Source of the DNA: Callorhinchus milii | Taxonomy: Eukaryota | Length of the DNA stretch: 64,000 nt | Assembly: GCF_018977255.1 (NCBI RefSeq) | Contig: NW_024704743.1 | Location: 65,846,001-65,910,000, forward strand | Direction of reading: 5' to 3' | Shown here: positions 35,850-49,350 of the stretch, piece by piece | Layout: every line of letters begins with the position of its first letter | Numbering within the stretch: the stretch's first letter is position 1 | Program-made: the position numbers and the translations under genes | The notes under the pieces: model-generated | What the model was told of the DNA's origin: nothing | Databases searched by the model: none | Seen by the model: the letters and a program-made list of their open reading frames with translations, nothing else

Positions 35850-36415
35850 TCCTTCGAAAACACTTTCTCATCCTTGGACCTCCTCTCCCGACACTTCCTA
35901 CTCGAGCCCCTCTGGTTTCCACCCTGCCCACAGCACAAAGATAGCGCTCATCAAAGTCACCACTGACATCCTCTCTCTCTGTGACCAGGGCTCCCTTTGC
36001 CTCCTTGTCCTTCTGCACCACTCTGCTGCCTTCAAAACAGTTGATCATACCATCCTCCTCGACCACCTCTCCTCCCTCATCTACCATAGTGGGTCTGCCC
36101 TCGCTGGGTTCATGTCCCACTTGACCCACTGCCATCACTACATCTCTGTAAATGTTTTTGCTCCTGTCCTCACTGGGTCACCTTTGACTTATCCCAAGCC
36201 TCCATCCTTGGCCCCCACTTCTTTTCTTCAGTTACATGCTCCCTCTTGGTGAATATCATCCGCAGACATGGAGTCAACTTCCAAAATGTATGAGGATGAC
36301 ACCCAAAGCTACTTCTCCTCCTCCTCCTCCTCCTCCTCCTCCTCCAGCTGTGACTCCAGGTCCACTGAACTTATATCAGTTTGTTTGTCACACATCAAGG
36401 CTTGGATGAGCACAA
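35850..36415 (+). pseudogene. Decayed L2 RT fragment with (CTC)n expansion at 36315-36345
   Basis: GFHPAHST..ALIKVTTDIL, SAAFKTVDH and MYEDDTQ motifs across frames. Confidence 0.85.
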
Positions 36416-37079
36416 AACCAGCTTCAAAATGAATGACTGTATTTAAGAATGTGACAAATTCTGGATGTTCTGAAATACGACATTAAAAGAGTAAATCTAG
36501 ACTCAGGTTGGAATTTCGACCCAGTATCCTGCGAAAGGGACACTTCATTAGAGCTCATGACAGATCTCACACAAAATGTTAACTTGTTTTAACTCCAGAG
36601 GCCCAGTGTCATATAAGTCATGTTTAACCACCAGTTTGCAAATCACTTCAAATTCGTATGGTCTAATTCTACGAAAGTACCTTTCATGTGGTGAGGATGA
36701 AATTGAGCAGTTTTCAGATGTCATATCACTTCAGAGCACAGAATGAACGTGATCTTGGCAGGGATGTCACAAGAGTATAAGGAGTACAAGGAGCAGGTGT
36801 ACGCAATCTTATTAAGGGCAACCTTGAATCAATGCCACAAATTTCTGTGAGAAGTAAGAAACAAAGGAAATTGAAACCAGACACAAGGTTATTTTAAGCC
36901 TTGCTCATATTAACCAACTGAATTCAGTACCACTAATGTATAATAATGGGTTCATTGAGCCATGCTCCAGTAGATGGAATTATCTGCCAGAGGTAAAGTG
37001 CTCAGAAGGCAGTAGAGATTGTGTTGCCTTCCAGTAAAAGATATATATGTCAAACTCAGAAGTGTTTTGAGAGTTGTTT

Positions 37080-37480
37080 TTATCTTGCATTTGATATGAA
37101 CCCTAACACGCCAGGAAGGTGTCCCAAAGCACTTCACAGGATGCACTGCAAAGTGCAACTGTGCATTTGTAGGCAAATGTGGCAGGAATGACCCACAAAC
37201 AACCATGAAGTGAATGTTCAATGCTATTGGGGGATTTGTTGACTAGGACACTGAGAGAAACTCCTTTCTCTTTTTGAAAAGTGTGATGGGATCTTTAACA
37301 TTCACCTGAACCTGAAGAAGCAGCTGATTTAAAGTCTTATCCTACGCATGGCACTTCCAAAATGCTGTGCATCCCAAGCACTGCACGGCAGGCGACATGA
37401 TCCAAATTCTTGATGTGGGGCTTGAATACACAACCTTCTGACTCAGAAGCATGAGTGCTACCAATTAAACCAGGCTGACT
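37080..37480 (-). mobile_element. Old Deu-type SINE, near full length
   Basis: Runs from the tail CTTGCATTTGATAT to the head CAACCTTCTGACTCAGAAGCATGAGTGCTACCAATT. Confidence 0.85.
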
Positions 37481-39599
37481 TATTACATTTCAACATAACA
37501 AAGTACAATATCTTATTCAAGGATTATTATTATTGTTAAGATCACCAGATTTTACAACAATAACTCGCATTTTCATAGCATTTTTTTATGTAAAGTGATG
37601 CATGAAAGTGTGGGCACCAAGCAAAAAAATCTAAATCTAAGATCTAAAGAGTTAACTGTTGGCTCAATCGATGAGGTATGTTTTTAGGAGATTGTTCAAA
37701 GCCTTCCATGGTTTTATGTGAACCAGAAATATGTCATGCTATTCTATGGAAAATCCTTTCCAGTATACTTCTTGAGTGGCGTTCTTTATTAAGGAATCAC
37801 ATTAAGAATATCGCAAATTAGACCAGAGGTGGATAAATCAATTCTATTAACTTTCAAAACCACATCTGGTCCAGATGTGAGAGTTTTATTACCAGCACAA
37901 AACCATTATGTAATACAATTCCTATTACATGGTCACACGTTCCAATTTGTATGCTATGATTTTGGTCTTGTTGCTTCTTAGAGTCGGTGCTGCATTTTCA
38001 TCCGTGGATCAATGTGTGAGTAAAGCAGTCATTTGCTTCAAACTGTTATGCAAAATAAATGGCAAGAAAGGAAACAACAATAAAAAAGCAACAAAATAAT
38101 AAGGATTTGGTGAAAGAAATGGGGATTTTATAAAAACTAAAGTACATCAAAATATTAGTGTGAGAAAAGATGCATTAAGCATATATTTTGTAAAGACGAA
38201 TAGTTTTTTTTTACATTTTCCAATAAATTGTCCGAGTTGTCCATTTAAATAAGTATATTTCTTTTGAGGTTTAATATATGAAATAAAAAAAAGAGGGAAA
38301 CTCACCCCATTAATCTGGATGTCCATATTGAATCGACTTGCATAATTTTAGAAGAATTTTTCTCTGGGCAAAAATCAAGTAAACACTTCCAGTCAGGAAC
38401 CTGCTTGAAAAGTATTTAATGCCCTTTGAAGCCTATAACATCCAATGTGTTTTCCATTATGTGTCATCTTCAGAGATTATAGGGGATTGATAATATGCTT
38501 AGAAAGGGAATGAGTATAAAGTATACAAAACTCAAAAGGTTCTTTATTGTTTCTTTGGCTTTCCGTTTTGCAAGGTGTGAATAAATCAGATTTTCCGGCA
38601 TCTATTATCGATGATGTGAAGAGCAAAACATTAGCTCTCTTTCATTTCCTCACCAAAACGTTCCATGAGAAATTCAAGAGCGTGAATGCATTTACTGTGC
38701 TACATACAATGCCTGGTATGCAGTGCCAGTGTAATTAAGAAGACCATAAGGAAGCTATTGGATTTTAGAAAGTAAAGAATGCTCTGTGAAGCGTATGATT
38801 TTTCTTTGAACCACAGAGCAATTCATTTTTTTGGGGGGAGGGGGAGGAGCGGTTCCAAGAAAACACTCACAGATCGTTAGGAGTACTGGATAAAATGGTT
38901 CATGAAAGGAGTCAGCAGTCCTTTCCACCACCTCTGGGCAGAAAACATGCTCTTCAAGAAAGCAAATGCATTGCTGATGCCTCGCTACTGTGTCAGGTTG
39001 ACTCAATTGGTTCCACTCTTGCCTCTGAGTTGGAAGGTTGTGGGTTCAAGCCCCATGTTGTGTCCAGTCTAGACTGATACTCTAATGCAGTGATGGGGGA
39101 ACTCCTAAATTAAGATTGAATTTGGGAATTTCCAAAATTCTAAACAATTCTTCAATGGCAGGACAAAATGGTCTTGACGTGAGATGTTTCAGGCATCTGA
39201 AGTTTAATAATTCATCTTTGCAGAGAATAGCTCTAATAATATTAGAGCAGTTTTCCAGTTTTGAATCAGGACATTTTGAAATCTGAACCATTTCCAAAGT
39301 TTGGTTTTCTGAAGGAAACATAATTCTATTGGAGCTGGTTCAATCTACAAATCAATAGCTTTTGTTGAGCAGGACAGCAAACTTCCATATTAATTGGTCA
39401 TTCATTGTGGGTCTTCATTAGCACAAATGGTTGTTGTGTGGGACTAAAAATGCAGTCACTATCCTTGGTGATATTCGCCTATGTAACGCTGTGAGATGTT
39501 TCAACATTAACAATTCTGCTATAAAAATTAAAGTTCTGATTTTACAATTTTTTAAAGTTCGATTTGTAATGTCATTATGATTATGTAGCAGTATCAGTT

Positions 39600-40140
39600 C
39601 TGGCCTGGCTCAGTTGGTAACACTCTTGACTCAGAAGATTGTGGTTCAAGTCCACATCAGGACTTTGAACTCATATAGTGCTGGAATGTTAGAATTCAAT
39701 TCTTCAGATGAAATGATAACCCACGGTTGAGTCTGTCTGTTCAAGTGAATGTTAAAGCTCCCAGGTCACTATTTAATAAAGGGAGTTTCTCCCACTGTCG
39801 TGGTCAACATAGAATCATAGAATTATACAGTACAGAAGGAGGCCATTTGGCCCATTAAGTCTGTGCCGGCTCTTTGAAAAGAGCTATCCAAATCAATCTC
39901 ACTCGCCCACTCTCTCCCCATAGCTCTGCAAACTTAACCTCCTCAAATAATTATCTAGCTCCCAGATAAGATTGGATATTCACTTTATGGTTGTTTATGG
40001 GACACTGCTGTACTCAAATTGGCTGTTGTATTTGCCTACAACTGCATAGTCAATACACTTTAGAGTAAATCCTGGCAGTGCTTTGGGCCATCCTCCCAAT
40101 GTGAAAGCCACTATATCTAATGTGGAGGTTATTATTTTAT
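39600..40140 (+). mobile_element. Old Deu-type SINE with a nested minus-strand CR1 3' end (about 39808-39962)
   Basis: The SINE is interrupted after GGTCAA by CATAGAATCATAGAATT... (CR1 tail, reverse complement) and resumes at about 39962. Confidence 0.82.
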
Positions 40141-40204
40141 CAGAAGTAAAACAAATAACAATGTAAGTGAGTTTTGGGCAAAGCCATCAGTACTAGTGCA
40201 AGAT

Positions 40205-40835
40205 CTGTCTCAAGACCTATCTCTTTGACCATGCTTTGAGTCATCTTTCCCTTCCCCATACCCCTCAGCTCCCACCCATAGCTTATTTGCCTAGCCAGCA
40301 GTGTCAAACATTTTGGGACAGCCACCTAATGTGAAAGGCACAATAGAAATGTAAATTTGTATTGTATTGTTGTACTGTATTCTGTTTCTAGTATATTTGC
40401 AAATAATTAAAATCATAAAATTTAGATACAAATTTTAATATTAGAACAGGAACTAACTTGTTGCCCAATTTGTAAAAAGACAGGTCCCTGCTATGATGGA
40501 ATTATTTGGTTCAGTCTATACGCAACCAGCAAAGGATTATGATCTGGAGAAGCAAGGGACACAGTGCATTGGGCAGACACCACTTAAGAACATTGACTAA
40601 AGGCCCACGGCCTCATTCAAAAAGAGAAGGGAATTTTTCCCACTATAGTGGTCAACAATCCCCTAGATAAAATCAATCACTTCATAGCTATTTGTGGGTC
40701 ATTGCTGTACTCAAATTGGCTGCTACATTCGCCTACAAAACACAGTCACTACATGTTACAGTAAATCGTGTGAAGAGTTTTGAGACATCTGGATGACATG
40801 ATTAAACTCTGTATCAAATGTGAGGATTATTATTG
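40205..40835 (+). mobile_element. L2 3' fragment (about 40205-40375) and old SINE 3' half (about 40600-40835)
   Basis: TCTCAAGACC...TTTGACCATGC...GTGAAAGGCAC tail; Deu-like body and ATCAAATGTGAGG(ATT)n tail. Confidence 0.7.
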
Positions 40836-41414
40836 TTATTAATAATGGTTGCGCTGAATTGCATTTAGCTTCTCCCAGTGACATCTGTTTTCTATTGTGA
40901 TGACTTTCCATAAAATTCCATCAGTATTAAAAACCTCATGGAAATGATGCCATCACGTGTCGTGTAACAATGAAAGAGGATCTTGGATCCAATCTAGTGG
41001 TTTTAAAATCATAAGACCATAAGATGTAGGAGCAGGAGTAGCCATTTGGCCCCTGGAGCCTGCCCTGCCATTTAATAAGATCACGGCTGATCTTCTAACC
41101 TCATTCCATTTACCCGCCCTATTCCCATATCCCTTAATCCCTTTATCCACAAGAAATCTATCAATTTCAGTCTTGAATATGTTCAAGGACTGAGCATCCA
41201 CAGCCTTCTGGGGTAGAGAATTCCACAAATTCACTACCCTCTGAGTGAAAAAATGTTTCCTCAACTCAGTTCAAAAAGGCTGACCCTTAATCTTGAGACT
41301 ATGACCCCTAGTTTCAGATTCTCCAACCAGGGGAAACAGTCTCACTGCATTTATCCTCTCAAGACCCTCAAGAATCTTATAGGTATCTATAAGATCACCT
41401 CTAATTCTATATTA

Positions 41415-41628
41415 AATAATAATAATAATAATCCTTGCATTTGATATAGCACTTTTCACGTCGGTAGGACGTCCCAAAGCGCTTCACAGAACACACTGTA
41501 AAGTGAATTGACTGTATATTTGTGGGCGAACGCGGCAGCCAATTGCGCACAGCAATGTCCCACAAACAGTCGTAGATTGAAAATGACCAATTTATTATTG
41601 TCTTTGGATTTGGAGGGATTATTCTAGA
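41415..41628 (-). mobile_element. 5'-truncated young SINE inside CR1
   Basis: (AAT)n tail; TATATT at both 41408-41413 and 41629-41634, a candidate target-site duplication. Confidence 0.9.
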
Positions 41629-41711
41629 TATATTCTAGAGAATATAAGCCTAGTTTACTCAACCTAGCCTAATAGGTCAACCCCCTCATCCCAGCAACCA
41701 ACTTAGCGCGA

Positions 41712-41971
41712 AGTCCTGTAGCTCAGTGGTTAGAGCACTTCCTTGGGCAAATTTCCTTTCTCCACAGGCCGGATAATAATCCCTCAAGAAGAAAAAAATA
41801 AAATTGATCGCTTCAATCCACGACTGTTTGTGGGACACTGCTGTGTGCAATTGGCTGCCGCGTTCGCCCACAAATATACAGTCAATTCACTTTACAGTGT
41901 GTTCTGTGAAGCGCTTTGGGACGTCCTCCCGACGTGAAAAGCGCTATATCAAATGCAAAGATTATTATTAT
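41712..41971 (+). mobile_element. Young-type SINE with a head-internal deletion
   Basis: AGTCCTGTAGCTCAGTGGTTAGAGCACTT joins directly to CCTTGGGCAA (B box lost); tail intact. Confidence 0.9.
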
Positions 41972-44039
41972 AGGCCTCTTCTTTAATTTTATACTTTCCC
42001 TAACTTCTCTAGTTAGCCAAGGTTGAACCACTTTTCCCGTGGTATTTGTATTTTTCAAGGGAATATGTGATCGCTGGGAATTATGTATTATATCTTTAAA
42101 CGTTTGCCATTGCTGGTCTACCGTCATATTTTTAAAACTAATTTCCCAGTATATTTTAGCCAAATCTTCTCTCAAAGTTGGCTTTATTTACATTTAAGAC
42201 CCCTGCTTCGGATTCAACTATATGACTCTCTAACTCAATGTTAAATTCCATCATGTTATGGTCACTCTGCCCTTGAGGAGCCTTAACTTCCAGATTGCTG
42301 ATTAGCCCTATTTCATTACACAAAACAAGATTCCAGGATAACCTGTTCCCTGGTTGGTTCCTCAGCAAACTGATCTAGAAAACTATCTCTAATGCATTCT
42401 ATAAATTCATCCTCTGATTTACTTTTGCCAATTTGGTTTTCCTAGTCTATATGAAGATTAAAATCATCCACTGTTAGTGTATTCCCCTTGCTACATACTC
42501 CTCTAATTTCCTGATTAATACCCTGCCCAATACTCTAACTGCTGTTTGGGGGTCTATAAACTACTCCCACTGTTGTTTTCTGCCCCTTGTTGTGTTTTAC
42601 CTCCACCCATACTGACTCTACATCCTGATTTTCTGATTTAAAATCTTTCCTCTCTACTGGTTTTGGAGCCGAATTTTCAACAACATTCCCTGATCACTGG
42701 GAATGTTGCTGTTTATAAAGTTTTCTTGCAGTTTTGGCATTGGCCAGTCTAGTACCAGAAGTACCTCAAAGGAATCTGGAGTGATTTGCAGAGTGACAGC
42801 ACTTTAAAGGATACAGGAAAAAGCTGTGAGCGTGGTGCAGTTTTGCTCCTAGTTATTCTGAACACTGATGTTCCTTTTGTGAAACCATGATTCACGTATC
42901 AAGTCATAAGGTTCAAAATACACTAAAAAAGAACCTTTAATGTTGATATTTTGGCAATTCATTCATTACCATTCTGAACAGCAAGTCTCCTGAACTGCTC
43001 AAAGGTTCTGTAATAGCAGTGATGTCCCATGCAAGATGAGAGATGAGAGACACAAGATTTCTTGTGTCTGTATAAGGTTATACTGGCAGACTCTTATTGC
43101 TGTTTTCTAACAGCAGCAATAAGAGTCAAAACAATATAGTGCAGGTATTGCTGTATAATGTTCAGAAGGACTTTACGTAGACATAGGGTTGCAATTGCAA
43201 TTTTATGTGGTGATACAAGATCAAACATTACATTATCACTCTGGTGAGGCTAAAGTCCCTCTGAATATTATACAGGAATACCTGAACTAGTAGCACATAC
43301 TAAATTGTGGTCATACACTTCTTAACTGTTTGCAGGATATTTTTGTGCATGCAAATTGACTGCCACGTTAGGCTACAAATACATATTCCCTACACTTCAC
43401 AGTAAATCCTGTGAGCACTTTGAGGCAGCTGAGACATGATAATGCTCTATATCAAATAAAGGATTATTATTATTTTTTAAGATTCCATAAATAGAAGCTC
43501 CAAGAAACCAGAAATCTTGCAATTTAGACATCTCTAGCAACGAGCTTTGATTCAGGAAACGTGTCTTAGCACTTCGATTTTAGAATACAAATTTTTCTTT
43601 ATTTTTCTTTATAATAGTTTTGTATAAAGCTGTCTATGGTTGTCAGTGAGATTAATTACTTTAAAGTGCAACAGATCCTCATCTAAAAAAATACCTTTTC
43701 GACTGTGCCTAGATCACTTTTATGAGTACTGTTCTGGACAGTTCATCCCACCACACTGAAGTCAATTGAATAGCTGGTGAATAAAATTTGAGGCCTGGGA
43801 TGATAGCTCCTGGCAGTTATAAACTGGTCTGTTAAAATTTTCGGTTCGTGAACAAATCTGATTTGTGAACATATTAGCAACTCCCACATTGCAAAATGTA
43901 CCCTTTTGTGTTGAATACATTGGAAAATGTTATCACTTTTTTACAACAATTTTGATGGTTACAATTGGAATACTTTATTCATAAACTTATCATAACATTA
44001 TCACTACTAAGAGAAAGAAGAGCTTTCTCTGGTCATAGG

Positions 44040-46285
44040 TTAAAGAATGTGTTAGAGGAATTAGCTATGAGCAACAATTAGACAACCTAGGGCTCTTCAG
44101 TCTTAAGAAGACTCAGATGGGACCTTGTAGAAGTGTACAAAAATTAAAATTGGAATTGAAAAAGTAAATCCAGATCAATACTTTAGGATGTGTCAGAATA
44201 GTAGAACAAGAGGACATAGGTTTATCGTTGTAAAGTGAAATTTCAGGACTGATACCAGGAAGTGTTTCTTTACATAGAGGGTAATCAACAATTAAAACAA
44301 GTTGTCTGGAAAGTTGGTAGAGGCAGCACAGTGATGGGGGATGTTGGGTGGTATTCTGGAGCGATGAGATTGGATGGGCTGAAAGGCCTTCTTCATCCTC
44401 AACCTTGTGATTTTAGAAAGTACTTTGCTTTTGTTTTTACAGAGGAAGATGAAAGTGGGATTGTAGAATTGCCTGGAGAGGATAAGAAAGAGCATCAACT
44501 GAAGCTAAGGATTGAATGGAAAACATCATTAAAAGGGTAAATGAGACTTCAAGTAGAAAAGTCATTGGACCCAGAGGCTTGCATTCCATAATACAGAATA
44601 CCAGGAAAGAGACAATGGATATACTGGCCACAACTGTCAAAACATCTTTGGAATTGGGATATTTGCCAATGGACTAGAAGAGAAATGTTACACTTCCAAT
44701 GTTACACAATGTTACACAAGAGATAAACATGGGGAATTTTAGTCTTACCTCAGGTGTGGGTAGACTTCAGAGACAATATGGGATGGAATTTTTGAAAGGC
44801 AAGGATGGTTCAAGGTGAGTCAGCCTAGGTTTAAGATAGGTCATATTTGATTTATTTAATTGAAATGTTTGAGGAAAGCACAGAATATGTGGATAGAAGC
44901 AGTTTAGGTTGCAAATATGGATTTTCAGAAGATGTTTTAATAAAATGCTTCATAAGTGATTGGGTGAGAAAAGTGAAGCGTGGGATTAATTAATCACACA
45001 GATAGAGGAATGGTTAAAAGACAAAAAAAACAGAGTGTAATCTAATTATCAGCCAAGCCCATTTGGTAGCACTCTCACCTCTGAACCTGAAGTTTGTGGG
45101 TTCAAGCCCAACGTTGGGACTTGTGTTGTTTGGATGAGATCTTAAATCAAGGTCCCACCTGGCTGATCAGGTGGATATTAAAGATCCCATTACACTGTTT
45201 GAAAAGAAAAGGGAGCTTCTCTCTGTATTGTGGCCAACAATCTTCCAGATAAATTTGGTCATTCATGTCATGGCTGTTTGTGTGATATTGCTGTGCAAAG
45301 ATTATTTATTTGATTGGCTGGATATCGTTGGTGGCTAGGCTTTGGACCTCTGTTTTCCACCTATATTAATGATTTGCTAATTAGTATAGGGGGAACATTT
45401 TTTAGTTTGTTCATGGTACCAAATTAGAGGATATGGCAACCTTTGAGGAAGAAAGCAGGAACTGCACAAGGAGATAGCAGACAGATGACAGATGCTGTTT
45501 AACATTGCAACACACAAAGCAACAATGTCTACCCTAAATAATACAAGGTTCCTAATAAGAATGAGAAATTGGAAAATCCAGCTGTACAATGTAACAAAAA
45601 TCTTTTAAAGGTGGGAGTGCAATTAGAAAATAATAATGCTTGTGTTTGATATCACAAAAATGGGATGCTGAGTTGTTCACTGAATACATATGTTAAATGC
45701 TTTGGTTAGGCAACAGTTTATGATTACCACTTGTACTTCTATACAGTGCTTCAATACCGTGCCCACTTTTGTGTTTGTAATTGCTGTAATTGAACCCAGG
45801 TTTTCTGTTTGTAACTTCAACTAAGATACAATAAATTTCAACTATCAATTTGACCTCTTCCTAGATGTTCTTTGAAAATATTAGTTATTTAAACATAAAT
45901 TATGTACAAAGAAATTCTATTTTTACTGAAAATATTTTGGGGGGCAATTAATTATTGCTGGTTAATTGTGCACAGCAATCTCTTTATACCTCAAGTACCT
46001 GAGGTATGAAGAGAGGCTATACAAAGCTAGGAAAGTTTTACTGGAATAGAGAAGACTCATTGAAGAAGTATTTAAGATCCTATTAGAAAGATTGAATGCT
46101 AGCAAAATGCTTAACATAGTCATACTATCTTACATAGGAGGCATGGGCACAAGCTCTACGAAAGAAGCATTGCGAACAAACAGTTTTGATTTAACTATTT
46201 TACACAGAATGGTAAATTTGTGGAATGGACTACCCAGGGAAGCAATGGAGGATGATTGTACCAGCAAATTCATATGTTAATTGGA
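44040..46285 (+). mobile_element. Old CR1 fragments with a nested old SINE (about 45050-45300)
   Basis: CR1 3' end to about 44412, then KYFAFVFTEED, a highly decayed RT region, and HRMVNLWNGLP at about 46200. Confidence 0.7.
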
Positions 46286-46657
46286 TAATAATAACAATAA
46301 TAATAATCCTTGCATTTGATATAGTGGCTCATCATGTCCTTGAGATACCTCATAACACTGCACAGAATAAACTGTACAGTGAATTGACTGTACATTCTGC
46401 GGCTGAAATGTGCAGCCAATTGCGCAGAGACAATCATGGATTGAGTGACCAAATTATTACTATTTCATTTTCTTGAAGGAATTATTACCCCCAGAAAAGC
46501 AAAACACCAATTGACTACCAACCGGATTCCTACTTACTGCTAGGTAAACAGAGGTGTGTAGAGAAAGGAAACTTGCCTAAGGTTTTGCCCTGCCCCGGAA
46601 TCGAACCCAGATCCTCTCGCTTGTGAGGCGAGTGCTCTAACTAATACGCTACAGGAT
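46286..46657 (-). mobile_element. Long-variant tRNA SINE
   Basis: Contains the GGATTCCTACTTACTGCTAGGTAAACAGAGG block; the head reverse complement carries the B box GGAATCGAACCC. Confidence 0.88.
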
Positions 46658-46921
46658 AGCTAATTGGTGAATTAATCAATTTGAGGGATAGGCGAGGCAG
46701 GGTAATGCATAATTTTATTTTTTATTTTGACTCTGGCCAAATAGACCATAATTGTTTTTTCTGATTTTGTACCAGTCATGAGTCATAAAAAATAACAATC
46801 AACTGGAAATAAATTGACAATAATATTGGGCTATAATATCGTGTGAATGATGTTCTTGAATCATATCCATTCTGAGCCCCTGCAACACTACTGATTTGGT
46901 TAGGAAGCTACCAATACACTA

Positions 46922-47362
46922 AATAATAATAATCCTTACATTTAGTATAGTGCATTTCATGTCAGGAGGAGGTCTCAAAGTCCTACACAGGATTTACTGT
47001 AAAGTGTAGTGACTGTGTATTTTTTAGGTGAATGCGGCAACCAATTGGCACATAGCAATATTCCACAAATAGCTTGGAAGTGAATGATCTATTTTATTTG
47101 GGGACTGCTGGCCAGGATACTGGAGGAAACATCCTCTTGTTTCCTATAGCGCTATGGCATCTTTAACATCCAAATGAACAGGTAGATGGGACCTCGGTTT
47201 ACCGTTTCATCTGAAGGACTGCATCTACAACAATAAGGAATACCACAAGTACTGCATTGGGGTATCAGCATAGTCCTTATTATTTCTAAGTCCTACACGT
47301 GGCTTGAACCCACAACCTTCTGATTCAGTGGCGCGATTGCTGCCAATTGAGCCAGACTGACA
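46922..47362 (-). mobile_element. Old Deu-type (SacSINE1-like) SINE, full length, about 440 bp
   Basis: Complete head, central domain and (ATT)n tail; resembles the recalled DeuSINE central/3' consensus. Confidence 0.85.
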
Positions 47363-49197
47363 CGCTGAACCACAATCACAGTCCTTCACTGGATGGATGT
47401 CTATTCATCACTTTCCTCTTCCCCTCTCCCAGCTCTGAATTCATTTTTTATGCCATTTTCACATCTGTGTTGGGTGGAAGAGGCCTCATTCATTTCTTCC
47501 CTAGGGCCTCCCATACCTCCTAGGTCACTGCCACATCTGCGCTTCATTCCCCAACGCCATCACTGAGTCCCATCAAAGATGCAGTCGGCATCTGTTAAGA
47601 TGTCGATTGATCATCCTTGAGGCATCTACGCACACAATGCCTTCTCAAAAATATTACACCCAAATATCCATCACAGCAAATTCCTGTCTAAACTTTAATC
47701 TAACTCGAATATATGCCATATGGGCCTATGTTTTGCATTTGAAGACAATAATTTTCAGCTCAATGGGGGGGAAGAGGGAAGCTCAGATGTTGCAATATAA
47801 ATATTTGTACAGTAAATTCCTATTTTTATACGATTTTCTGAATTATGTCAAGCCTTTCATGGGTCATTCTGTCTGATCAAGGGATAGCTGCTTAATTGCT
47901 TCCTTTGTGAATATAATATATTCTCCATGAAAAAATATATAGCTCTTAAGCTTAAAACAGCAATGTTTCTGGATGTCAGTGTGTCCATCAGGGAGAAACT
48001 GTTGTAATTTGATCAGCTTCTCTCTAATCTCTGTTATTGAGTTCAAAAAGAAGGTAATTAAAGGAAAAATTCTCCCAATCCTATAATTAGCTAACGTCAA
48101 ATTAAAAGCTAATTCTCACTCCCACAAGGCATGCTTTTTCAACAGTTGAGTGACTCATATTGATTCTTACCATAATAGTATAATTCAATAATTTGGACAG
48201 GAAGGGACTATAATTTGTTCTAATTTTAGTTGCATTGGGTTCCTGGTAATTTGCATTAGATTTCTTATTTCTATGTACCTGAGTGATCCACTTAATGGAG
48301 ATCTACCATGTGTTGATCAAGACACAAAGGGGATTTTTCCATTGTAGATACATAGAAAAACATTTAGTACATGTGGACCCCGATAATATCCTGCTTATAT
48401 TTCTATATTAAATCAGTGTGGATTCAATGATTTGATAGGTAGGTTGTGCATTGTCAATGAAAGGAATAAACCAAATGGACCAAATTCCCTGTTTTTATTC
48501 TGTATTTCCTTCTATTCACATTGCACGGCTCATAATTTCTAGACTTTGGGTGGGGGCGGATTTTATTGCTGGTTAATTTTGTACAGCAATCTCTTCATAC
48601 CTCATGCCCATTTCATAGATTCTACATATTGAATAAACCCTTCTTCTCAATAATTTTCTCTACACATACATGCATTATTAAGCATATTAGCCACATTAAA
48701 TAATATTTGGACAGTTTGCAATCAATCATAAGCAAATATCTTAAAAACAAAAGCAGACACAAAGCTCTCCCTTGTGCTGATTCATATCCTTTCATGGTTG
48801 AAAAGCACTAATGTAAATTGCTTTATTTGCCAGGATTCAGTATGAGGAAAGAAGTCATAGAATGAAAAATGGAATAAGAAAACATTTTAACATGATACAT
48901 TTCACAGTTTTTTTGCACCCCAAATGCACAGTAAAGGATTCAACCTTCTCTCTAGCAACTCATCCACGTAACTGTTCCTCATTTATCAGCACAAATAGTG
49001 AGTGTCTAGGCAGACATTAAGGCAACATATTCTACTATGGAAGGTGAAATCACAGCCAAGAGTGGATCAGTAATCCCACATACACACGTTCCAGCAGAAG
49101 ACACTGTTTAAGAAGGAATCATGTGGAGCATAAACGCTGGCTGAATGGCCTGTTTCTGTGCTGTATATTCTAATTAAGTCTATGTAATAACTGATGT

Positions 49198-49350
49198 TAC
49201 CCTCACTAGCTGGGATGCTGAGGTAATGTTCCTATTGCCACTTTAAGATTGATTAATTCAACACAGAACAGGGATCAAACCTGGGGCCTTTGAGTTTCTA
49301 TAACACAGTTTCACATTAGGCAGTAGGTTTACCAATTGAGCTATAGGGGG
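49198..49350 (-). mobile_element. Ancient SINE 5' fragment (AmnSINE2-like)
   Basis: Reverse complement reads TAGCTCAATTGGTAAA...GGCCCCAGGTTTGATCCCTGTTCTGTGTTGAATTA...CCTCAGCATCCCAGCTAGTGAGGG; family name from memory. Confidence 0.45.

Larger units (their letters stand above)
41010..42660 (-). pseudogene. CR1 LINE with a large internal deletion and two nested SINEs
   Basis: FFTQRVVNLWNSLP at the 3' part; QSDHNM and QQWQTFKD..NSQRSHIPL at the 5' part. Closely related to 11900-13876. Confidence 0.9.
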
